From contig NZ_JBALCY010000076.1 in the NCBI RefSeq assembly GCF_036917655.1, forward strand, positions 105,464 to 169,463: a stretch of DNA of 64,000 bases, in the 5' to 3' direction. This DNA is from Nostoc sp. Lineage in GTDB: Bacteria > Cyanobacteriota > Cyanobacteriia > Cyanobacteriales > Nostocaceae. Every line of letters starts with the position of its first letter. Positions within the stretch are counted from its first letter, which is position 1. A program made the translations under genes and the position numbers. Shown piece after piece: positions 50,792-58,945 of the stretch. The notes under the pieces are model-generated. The model saw only the letters and a program-made list of their open reading frames with translations. It did no database searches and was not told the origin of the DNA.

Positions 50792-52201
50792 TCAGTCTAT
50801 TAAAAAACAAATCTTGTTACAGTAGACTTTAGCTTCCCGTTCTAGACGTTCAATTTCTCTTTTCCACGGCTCAAGCCTGTTTTCTCGCTTTCGTAATTGA
50901 TCTGGTGTAGGGTTTCTGGAAGGCTGGGTATTTGGATTAGGCAGAATTCCATGATTTTTAAGCCAAGTGGGGGAAAATTCCTGCCAAAGAAATAGATGAT
51001 CGTGCTTATCGCCACCCAGACAACGAATCCGCTTGACTGAAAGAGTGGATTCACCAAAAAGGATTTGCTCATTTCTGGAATTTTTTGGAAACAGGCGTGT
51101 CTCACTACCTCTTCCACGAAAGAATTCGACTACAAACCACTCACCAAAATCAAATATACAGACTTCTGTTGGGTCGCTACCATCATCCTCTAGTAGATCA
51201 ACATCATCTTGAATTTGATACCCGATGGCAATTTGTGATGTTTTAGGTAACAAGATGCGAAGCCGTTCAAAGCGGTTACTGTAATTAGCCCAAAAGTCTC
51301 TGCGTCTACGTAGCTGATTTGACTCGAAGTCTTGTAAATCCAGCCTATTCAATATGAGATTTACTAACTTTTGGAAGTCACCATAATTGATACCTCCAAT
51401 CCACTCTCTAAGTTTTTGCCTTGCTGGATCTAAAAGTTTATACCACTTTTCACCATTTCTATAGTTATTTCGCAACCAATCAACCAGTAAAGAATGATTG
51501 GTTGCTATATTATTGGAAACATTAGTGAGTAAATAACTAACAGCTTTTATTTGCTGAGTATCTGACATTTCATCTAAACATATTAACAGCCATTGTACCT
51601 GCTGATGATTTGGAGAAGTAATTGTAGAGAAATCGGGAGTTATATCTTCTATAAATTGGCTAAACAATGGAATATAAGCAGGTAAAATGTCTCGGATGTT
51701 GTTTAGCAATCCAGTTCGATTAACACGCTTTTCGCAAGCAATTTTCGCTAATTCTCTACCTGCTTGTGTACTGCGAAGCGCCCGAATAATTTGAACTGGT
51801 AGCAGATGACTAACTAAGCCAGAATTAGCAAAAATATCAAAAGATTCAGCTAGAGACTGTGCTAAAACCTGTTCTTCCTGACCACTAGAATAAAGAGCTA
51901 AACGCCACAATAGCTGATGTTGCAACCATAAGTTAGAAATTGCTACCTTCCAAATAGCTGCTGATGTTTTCCTGCATCGGTCAATATTTTGCTGATCCCA
52001 CTGCGCTTTAGCATGGATGCAGTAAATCCAGTCCAACGGACTTACTTGATCAGCTTTACCCTGTTCAATAGCTTCCAATATTTTATCAACACTTGGTATT
52101 GATATTGTTGCATCTGGTAACTTACTTGCAAGCTGAATAAGTTGATTAGGACTACACTGGGGAGTTTCAGGTAGGGAAGGAATGGAAAACTGAAAATTCA
52201 A
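50792..52201 (-). CDS. Hypothetical protein, last gene of the Zorya-like operon. Possibly ZorC-like (EH-signature-type C-terminal domain).
   Basis: 469-aa ORF starting 13 nt after the zorB-like stop. The C-terminus has CIFDFGEWFVVEFFRGRGSE followed about 40 aa later by GGDKHDHLFLWQEF (a conserved-looking Glu...His pair). The family assignment is inferred only. Confidence 0.45.
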   Translation of the reverse strand: MNFQFSIPSLPETPQCSPNQLIQLASKLPDATISIPSVDKILEAIEQGKADQVSPLDWIYCIHAKAQWDQQNIDRCRKTSAAIWKVAISNLWLQHQLLWRLALYSSGQEEQVLAQSLAESFDIFANSGLVSHLLPVQIIRALRSTQAGRELAKIACEKRVNRTGLLNNIRDILPAYIPLFSQFIEDITPDFSTITSPNHQQVQWLLICLDEMSDTQQIKAVSYLLTNVSNNIATNHSLLVDWLRNNYRNGEKWYKLLDPARQKLREWIGGINYGDFQKLVNLILNRLDLQDFESNQLRRRRDFWANYSNRFERLRILLPKTSQIAIGYQIQDDVDLLEDDGSDPTEVCIFDFGEWFVVEFFRGRGSETRLFPKNSRNEQILFGESTLSVKRIRCLGGDKHDHLFLWQEFSPTWLKNHGILPNPNTQPSRNPTPDQLRKRENRLEPWKREIERLEREAKVYCNKICFLID

Positions 52202-52214
52202 AATTGTTTCTCCT

Positions 52215-52954
52215 TTAAAGAGAGCTTTTGGTGATATCTTTCTTTAACTCATCACTGCGAAACTGAAAACGGAAAACTACCTTGCGATCGCCTGGATTAT
52301 CACGTTTCTTATCAGATTCAATCTCTCCACGACCAGCAGCTAATATTTTCTGGCTTAAAGATGCTTTGGTAGGGAAATTCATGTCATAAAAAATGTATGT
52401 ATAAACTGATGATGCTCGCAACAAGCTTAGTTGTAGATTGGTTTTGTCATCTCCTTCTGAGCTAGTATGACCTTCTATAACTACACGGCTAATTTCCTGA
52501 TCAAATTCTGGTTTAGAGAAAATCACACCACTGTAAACAGGAATAAAGCGGCGTAGGAAAGCTTTACCTTCTGGTTTAAGTTCTGTACTTCCCTTGGCAA
52601 AAAGAATTGATTCTTGGATACTGACATCCCCATTATCTGGGTTGACTTTGACGTTGATAAGCTGTCGCGTATATAACTTGCACTTTTCATGGTCTGGAAC
52701 CCTTGTTGCAAGGAGAACACTCTGGAAAATTAAAGACGCGACAGCTTATTATTGCTTTTCATCTGTCCCACAACATTACCAATTACTACCCGTTTTGGTA
52801 CATCCTTTTGAGCAAGCTGGAGTAGGGCAGTGATAAATAGCAAAGCAAAAAACATTAGTAAACTAGACATTAAATCGGCAATAGACAGATAGATACTAGA
52901 GTCATCATCCTCTATAATCTCTGTGTTGATTTCACCTCTGATCAAATCATCCAT
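52215..52954 (-). pseudogene. MotB/ZorB-like stator subunit (N-terminal TM helix with Asp, C-terminal OmpA-like peptidoglycan-binding domain), interrupted by one frameshift
   Basis: The N-terminal frame gives MDDLIRGE...SIYLSIADLMSSLLMFFALLFITAL and stops at 52730. The -1 frame is open from 52745 and continues ...VKVNPDNGDVSIQESILFAKGSTELKPEGKAFL...VVIEGHTSSEGDDKTNLQLSLLRASSV. The ATG at 52954 overlaps the zorA-like stop (ATGGATGA). Confidence 0.7.
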
Positions 52955-55352
52955 GATTGCTTCCACCAGTACCAAATTGGCGGTTATCATGTGCAGCAAC
53001 TAGAACTTTTGCTGTCTCTAGTAAACCTCCGCAAACTCTAGCCATAGAAGTATCTGCTTGTTGGAAAAAGCTTACCTGTGAGTCAACATTCCTTTGCATA
53101 GAAACTTCAAGATGACTCTGCAAAGACTGAAGGCTATTGTCAAATTTTCGATTCAAATTCCTGTACGAATCGTCCACTCTTTGCACTTCCTGACCAATAC
53201 CACGAGCCAGATTTTCTAGTTGTATTAGTCGTTGTGCATCATTTAATCCAGCCGCACTAACTAATCTGTTAATTTGTTCGACAGACTCCTGAATTTTAGT
53301 CATACTTTTGTCTACTTCTTGAGTCAATTTACTACGTCTTTCAAATTCCTCACGGAAGACTTGATCAAGATTTTTCACAACCCCAGATAATCCTTCCTGT
53401 TGTTTGCCTAGTGTCCCCTCAAGTAAGTTGTTTTGTTCTTGAAAAAACATCTGTAAATTCGCTTGATATTCTTGCCGGAATTTTGTCAAATCTTTCTCTA
53501 CTGTTTGGCGGGTGGCTGTGAGTGTTGTGTCAATATTTCCTAAAGTGGCCAGAAGATTATCCTTTGCATCATTCATCAAGCCAGAGGCTTGATCACCCAC
53601 TGTTTTTAGAGTATTAGTTTGCTCATGAAAGGTTGTATTTGCTTGGGTAAGAATTTGGATAATTCCAGTCCGAGTAGCTTGAAGCATCAGCTGTTCTACT
53701 GCTGCGCGTTCTTGTAGCGCTGTTTGCAGTTCCTCTCGAATTCCTTTGAAGGTAGCAGCCGCTTTTTCTGCACTGGCTTCAAAAGCACTTCGTTGGGCTG
53801 TCATTCCTTCGATACTCTGAACTACACCTCGATTAATTTCGTGGGCTGTTTGTTGTAGAACTCCCGTAGTTTCAGTTTGGAATTGACTCAAAGTTTGCCC
53901 CATATTGTTAGCAAATCCTTGAAGCATATTCTGTTCTATTACTGCGCGTTCTTGTAGCGCTATTTGCAGTTCTTCTCGAATTCCTCGGAAGGTAGCAGCA
54001 GCTTGCACTGCGCTGGCTTCAAAAGCACTTCGCTGGGCTGTCATTCCTTGGATACTTTGATCTACAGCTCGATTAATTTCCTGTGCTGTTTGTTGTAAAA
54101 CACCTTTTGTATCTGTTTGAAATTGATTGAGAGTGTATCCCAGATGGTTCGCGAATACTTTGAGTTCTACCAAAGTTTCTTTTTGAAAGTTCTGAATTGT
54201 CAAGATGGAACTTGCCAAATTTTGAGATATACCACCCAATTCTCTATGCAGTGTTAGCACCGCGGTGGAAGCTTGCTGTGTTAACTCTGCACTTCTATCT
54301 AATCTATCTGCAATGGGTTCAAGTACCTGAACTCGCAGATCCTTGATGAGTTCTTCTAAAACTTTCTGTCCCTGATTTTCTTGGAGTTCTCGGAGTTGTT
54401 TCTGCTCTTTGAAAATTGCTTCTAAAGCTGGAAATATCTGCTGACGCACCGCTAGGGCAATAGCTTGGGCTGATAACTGATTTAAACCTGCAAACTGTTC
54501 TGCAATACTCCTACCTACAGCTTGACCAATGCCTTCTGCACTTAACTGCTTTAGCCCGGTCAAGTTTTTTGCTACAAGACTAAGTGCTTCAGCTACTTCA
54601 CGGTTGGCATTTTGTTCTGCAATACTCCTACCTACAGCTTGACCAATGGCTTCTGCACTGGGTTGGTTTAACCCTGACAATTTATTTCCTACACGGATAA
54701 ATGCCTCAACTAGATCGCTATTGCTATTATCTGCCGTTTTTAAAGTTGCGATCGCTTTCAATTTCTGACGCAAACTATCACGCCGTTTCTGCCGTAGTGA
54801 ATCACACCCAAACAAAACTAGAAGAAACAAGCTACCAGAACCAAGCCCCATCATGGAAGTGGAAAAAGCTGTTTTCATTCCCACCAGTAACTCTTTACTG
54901 GCAGTCATCAATTCTTTGGGATTATCTGTAGATAAATTAATTCCTTGGAGTCCCTGTTGTATACCATAAAAGGTTCCTAAAAGACCAATAGCAGTACACA
55001 AGGTTGTCACGAAACGCAGGGAACTTCGAGGTATTGGGCGGGCTAAGACAGATGGATACTTTATCAGTACGAACTTGCCATCCTTTTGCGCTTGTTGAAT
55101 TATACTTAGATCATCGGTTCCTAAATGCTTTTTTAACCAGTTGCGAACTTCGTTTGAAAGGTTTACATTTTTACCCTTTTTCATCAAAATTTTAATAGAG
55201 GCTCCAGTCGCGCCACACTCTGAGCGCCAATACTGCCATAATGTGTAAAATTCAATAAAAATTGCGGCTACTAACACAAAAGCAACTGTCCAATGAAAAG
55301 GTTCGTTATGCCAAATAATGCCCCAAACTTTTGCTATATCCATGCTGTACAC
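52947..55352 (-). CDS. ZorA-like protein: MotA/ExbB/TolQ-type proton-channel domain plus a ~600-aa repetitive coiled-coil tail
   Basis: There are three TM helices. Channel motifs are TAIGLLGTFYGIQQGL and GMKTAFSTSMMGLGSGSLF. The remaining ~600 aa are helical, Q/A/E-rich, and carry internal 39-aa and ~80-aa duplications. Confidence 0.75.
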   Translation of the reverse strand: MYSMDIAKVWGIIWHNEPFHWTVAFVLVAAIFIEFYTLWQYWRSECGATGASIKILMKKGKNVNLSNEVRNWLKKHLGTDDLSIIQQAQKDGKFVLIKYPSVLARPIPRSSLRFVTTLCTAIGLLGTFYGIQQGLQGINLSTDNPKELMTASKELLVGMKTAFSTSMMGLGSGSLFLLVLFGCDSLRQKRRDSLRQKLKAIATLKTADNSNSDLVEAFIRVGNKLSGLNQPSAEAIGQAVGRSIAEQNANREVAEALSLVAKNLTGLKQLSAEGIGQAVGRSIAEQFAGLNQLSAQAIALAVRQQIFPALEAIFKEQKQLRELQENQGQKVLEELIKDLRVQVLEPIADRLDRSAELTQQASTAVLTLHRELGGISQNLASSILTIQNFQKETLVELKVFANHLGYTLNQFQTDTKGVLQQTAQEINRAVDQSIQGMTAQRSAFEASAVQAAATFRGIREELQIALQERAVIEQNMLQGFANNMGQTLSQFQTETTGVLQQTAHEINRGVVQSIEGMTAQRSAFEASAEKAAATFKGIREELQTALQERAAVEQLMLQATRTGIIQILTQANTTFHEQTNTLKTVGDQASGLMNDAKDNLLATLGNIDTTLTATRQTVEKDLTKFRQEYQANLQMFFQEQNNLLEGTLGKQQEGLSGVVKNLDQVFREEFERRSKLTQEVDKSMTKIQESVEQINRLVSAAGLNDAQRLIQLENLARGIGQEVQRVDDSYRNLNRKFDNSLQSLQSHLEVSMQRNVDSQVSFFQQADTSMARVCGGLLETAKVLVAAHDNRQFGTGGSNHG

Positions 55353-55368
55353 CTCTTGTTTATCTTGG

Positions 55369-55716
55369 TTATATCTTTTTGAATTGCTTTAATTCTTTAT
55401 CCGCAAGAACTTCTTCAGCTATCCGCATTGGGAGATGTTCTGCATACAGGCGGTTTCCTATAGGTTCCCGGAGACGTAAGCTATAAACTGGCTCACCTTC
55501 TGCCTTTTTGTCCTCAATTAGATAAACCTGTTCTGGTGCATAGCTTCGCAATAAACGCACCTGCAAACAGGTTTTTAAATCCCGTGAAGAAGTAGATAGG
55601 GGTGAATCATGCCCAAATAATTCACAAGCGACTTTCCAAGCGTGGTTAACCGCCACAATTTCTTCAACCAATTTCTCCACAGAAGGGTATAATAGTTTCG
55701 CAGTTTCATCAATCAA
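55369..55716 (-). CDS. Hypothetical protein, first gene of the Zorya-like operon
   Basis: 115-aa ORF ending 17 nt before the zorA-like start, with non-repetitive composition. No recognisable motif. Confidence 0.5.
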   Translation of the reverse strand: MIDETAKLLYPSVEKLVEEIVAVNHAWKVACELFGHDSPLSTSSRDLKTCLQVRLLRSYAPEQVYLIEDKKAEGEPVYSLRLREPIGNRLYAEHLPMRIAEEVLADKELKQFKKI

Positions 55717-55902
55717 TGCTTTTGACCTACTTGTCTGAGCTTCAATAGGTCTATAATTCCCAAAATGAAAATTTATTTAACTTTTCTTGATAAAGCTATA
55801 TTGATAAAAGTAATTTCTGATGCCAAGCCCCTCTTTGGGTGTTAAAAAGTTGGGAGTATCACCAAATGTATTCGCACATTCTCTATTTTCCTTGTTATGC
55901 CT

Positions 55903-55942
55903 GAGAAAAAGAAAACAAAGTCTGCTTACGCAGGCTTTGTTT
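55903..55942 (-). terminator. Rho-independent terminator (minus strand) separating the upstream cassette from the Zorya-like operon
   Basis: Minus-strand stem aaacaaagcctgc-gtaa-gcagactttgttt followed by tctttttctc. It lies 60 nt after the stop of the 56002..56502 ORF. Confidence 0.6.
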
Positions 55943-56001
55943 CTAAAGCAGTAAATTATAGTTTAATGGCAATTTAATCTACCACTACTCAATTAAAAAT
56001 C

Positions 56002-56502
56002 TCACAAAATCTCTGCCAACTTTACCACCAGAGTATTTGCTAAATCCACTAACCTAATATCATCTGTATCAAAACTATTTTCTTCACCAGCTAAAAGATT
56101 TTTTACCGCAGATAACCTGTCATTGGTTTCAGAAATTCTCCAAGATTCTTCTAAGTTTACTGCAAAATCAAACAGCGATCGCTCTCCTAAATGCTGTCTT
56201 ACCCTAACAGCTACACTATCATTACTTACCAAAAATTCCTTGATAGCATCTAATCGAGAATTACCTAATATTTCGTCATTTCCCCACGTTTCCAGCCAGT
56301 CTCCATCTACATCTTCAACGTAAAAATTGACAAAATTAACCCCGTAAGTTAGCCAGTTTTGCTGCATTTGTCGGGCTGTTGCTAAAGCTTCCGCAAATGT
56401 ATCTACTTGATTGTTGCAGCTGTGAGTTTCTCTTTTATTAGCCATAAAAGCTGTAATTGGCACGTAAGTATATAAGGCTATAACACAAATCTGGAATATC
56501 AA
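56002..56502 (-). CDS. Hypothetical protein (start possibly at the internal Met, 56445)
   Basis: 166-aa ORF, 12 nt downstream of the preceding ORF, with acidic and ordinary composition. No motif recognised. Confidence 0.5.
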   Translation of the reverse strand: MIFQICVIALYTYVPITAFMANKRETHSCNNQVDTFAEALATARQMQQNWLTYGVNFVNFYVEDVDGDWLETWGNDEILGNSRLDAIKEFLVSNDSVAVRVRQHLGERSLFDFAVNLEESWRISETNDRLSAVKNLLAGEENSFDTDDIRLVDLANTLVVKLAEIL

Positions 56503-56514
56503 ATTCCAGAAAAT

Positions 56515-57204
56515 TCACGAAAATTTTAAATATTTGCCACCAGAAAGATAATCACTGTTATACAGGGCCACGTTGACTAACTGGTTGACAAAATTAGCAT
56601 CCTTGGGATTGTAACTTAAGAACAATCCTCTCTCTATTTCCCACGATCGCAGTGTATTTTGCCAAGCTTGGTACTTTTGGTGATTAAGTTCTTCAGAAAC
56701 ACTAGTTACTTGAATACACAGTGGTTGATTGTTACGACTAACAATTAAATCTGTTGCCATCGAAAGGTCGGCGATATAACGCTGCCAAAAACTACCTTCT
56801 CGCTGAACAATATCTTGAGCTATTGATTTAATGATATCATGATCAACCTGATTAAATTCGCCTGCCATCAATTTTTGCTTCCAAATATAAAACTTGGAGT
56901 CACTTGCATTAATCCATCTAGGAAAGAGATAAGCATACCAATATCTCTCGATCGGCGTCATTTGCTCAAACTTTGCTTTTTGTTCTTCTTCTGAAGGTAA
57001 GGATTTGATTATCAGCCAAATGGTAGAATCCGTAATCACCTCTAAGAGAAATGCAATGACAAATGGTTTTGCAGTCAGGGAACCTGGCTTGATATTCTTT
57101 ACCCAACGATTGATTTCATCTAATTTTCTCGCTAAATTATGATCTATCGAGGAGGCTTGCTCGATAAGGGACTTTAGCTTATCCTTAATTTCTTTTGCTT
57201 GCAA
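56515..57204 (-). CDS. Hypothetical protein
   Basis: 229-aa ORF with a helical N-terminus and one hydrophobic segment (PFVIAFLLEVITDSTIWLII). No motif recognised. Confidence 0.55.
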   Translation of the reverse strand: MQAKEIKDKLKSLIEQASSIDHNLARKLDEINRWVKNIKPGSLTAKPFVIAFLLEVITDSTIWLIIKSLPSEEEQKAKFEQMTPIERYWYAYLFPRWINASDSKFYIWKQKLMAGEFNQVDHDIIKSIAQDIVQREGSFWQRYIADLSMATDLIVSRNNQPLCIQVTSVSEELNHQKYQAWQNTLRSWEIERGLFLSYNPKDANFVNQLVNVALYNSDYLSGGKYLKFS

Positions 57205-57296
57205 ACGATGCCCTACTTTCAGAAGATAATGCTTTTTTTACACACTAATAAGTAAATCTTAACTTGAAAATGTACTTAATTAATTTCCTGATGTCA

Positions 57297-58046
57297 TTAA
57301 ATATTCTCTAGGTCGATGCCCTGTATACGTAAAACCTCCCGCAGTCGAGCAATTTCTTGGTCTGCCTGTTGGGCGCGTTCTTCTGCTTGTTGGGCGCGTT
57401 CTTCTGCCTGTTGGGCACGTAAACTTTCTTGTTCAGCCAATTCTTCTGATGATAGTATTAATTGGTTTTCCGTAGTGAAGAATCTTAATTTACCTTCATA
57501 AACTCCCAAATAAAGTTCTAACTGCTGACTCCACAAACGTCCATCAGTGGTGGGTTGAATTTCTTGATACTTACCATCAACTAAATGAAATCCCTGAAAC
57601 TCCATTGTTACAGGGTCAAACCAGAAATAATCTGGTGTACGGAAGGTATCCTGATAAACTTGTTTTTTTAAACCTTTATCAACTGCTGCCGTTGAACTTG
57701 ACAAAATTTCCACAATCAGATTTGGATATTTGCCGTCTTCTTGCCAAACTACCCAACTCTTACGGTCTTTTTTCTGAGTTCCCAAAACTACAAAAAAGTC
57801 TGGGCCACGGAAATGTTCTGATTTTCTTTGGTTGGGACTATAGTAAATCGTCAAATTGCCAGATGCATAGAAATCTTGCCGCTCTCGCCACCATAATTTA
57901 AGTATGCGAATCAGCAAATCGATTTGGTCACGATGCAGATCACTTTCCAAGGGTGGTTCGTCACTAAGTAGATCGCCAAGAGGAAAAATAACTTCGTCCT
58001 CTGAAATCCCATCAGAGATGAATTCTAGGGTAGCAGGTTCAGACAT
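57297..58046 (-). CDS. Uma2-family (DUF820) PD-(D/E)xK putative endonuclease with a C-terminal AQQAEER coiled-coil repeat
   Basis: GPDFFVVLG ... PNLIVEILSSST motif pattern of Uma2. Tail SLRAQQAEERAQQAEERAQQAD. Confidence 0.8.
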   Translation of the reverse strand: MSEPATLEFISDGISEDEVIFPLGDLLSDEPPLESDLHRDQIDLLIRILKLWWRERQDFYASGNLTIYYSPNQRKSEHFRGPDFFVVLGTQKKDRKSWVVWQEDGKYPNLIVEILSSSTAAVDKGLKKQVYQDTFRTPDYFWFDPVTMEFQGFHLVDGKYQEIQPTTDGRLWSQQLELYLGVYEGKLRFFTTENQLILSSEELAEQESLRAQQAEERAQQAEERAQQADQEIARLREVLRIQGIDLENI

Positions 58047-58068
58047 CAGCGATCGCTCCGCAATTTAT

Positions 58069-58713
58069 TTACTGAAAATTCGCTAATTTGCAGATGGCTT
58101 TGAAAACTTGTAATAACTCTATTGCATCTGGAGATTCGTTTAAACTTAATAATGGCATTAACTGATAAGTTGACTGCTCGTCACGTGTTAAATGAACAAA
58201 TTGATAACGCAGTCCGTTAGTTGCTAGTCCCCAAATTGATGTTTGTTGCTCTAGACTCTTAAAAGCATAAGTGAGTAATTGAGGTAAACCCTCACCAACT
58301 TCGATTGCACTATTTTTAGTTTCAATCACTACAACCCAAAATGGCGGCGTAATCTTACTTTGAAAACTGTTGATTGCTAAAATATCCATCCGTCCGGTAA
58401 TTCTTCTGTCTTCATCTTCGACTGCGATCGCAATGCTATCTTCCATTGTCAAGCGAATCGGTACATCGTAAAATCCTGCTAACCGCATTAGTGGCGCGAT
58501 TGTTAAAAATTTAACTAACCCCTCAGAAATTTTACCCAGCATTAAATAACGTTCAAAGTCGCTTCTGATTCGCAATAAATCCTGCTGTTCAAACTCTGTT
58601 AATGGTTCTAAATTTAAGAAATCTGTAAATGAACCATTTGAAAGCTTGTCTAGTTTAAGAAAGCGATGAACATCGTTGAGAGATAGGCTGCTAGCTTCGA
58701 CGGTAAGTGTCAT
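58069..58713 (-). CDS. PD-(D/E)xK nuclease-fold protein resembling the HsdR N-terminal (HSDR_N_2-type) domain
   Basis: GRMDILAI ... FWVVVIETKNS ... GLPQLLTY gives a D...E.K catalytic-core pattern. 214 aa. Confidence 0.55.
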   Translation of the reverse strand: MTLTVEASSLSLNDVHRFLKLDKLSNGSFTDFLNLEPLTEFEQQDLLRIRSDFERYLMLGKISEGLVKFLTIAPLMRLAGFYDVPIRLTMEDSIAIAVEDEDRRITGRMDILAINSFQSKITPPFWVVVIETKNSAIEVGEGLPQLLTYAFKSLEQQTSIWGLATNGLRYQFVHLTRDEQSTYQLMPLLSLNESPDAIELLQVFKAICKLANFQ

Positions 58714-58945
58714 AGTTTGAGGCGTTGTTTGTCAAGACTACTTATATTTTGCAACATTCGCGGTAGATAGACTGCAATGTAACGTCTTTACATTTCTTGA
58801 TCACTTGCTTTTAATAGATGAAAATGAATGTAAACTAAATAACTCAGCAATTTCCACCTAGCTTAACGAAAATCTAAACACTGTCTAGCACAACTGGGCT
58901 AAGAATAGTTTTTAGTAACAATAGCGATCGCACTCATAACTAACC

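Noticed and set aside
52523-52720. 65-aa minus-strand ORF between the two halves of the MotB-like gene
   Set aside because: It is out of frame with the OmpA-like domain, which reads through the same DNA in another frame with clear homology-like motifs. It is therefore a by-product of the frameshifted region.
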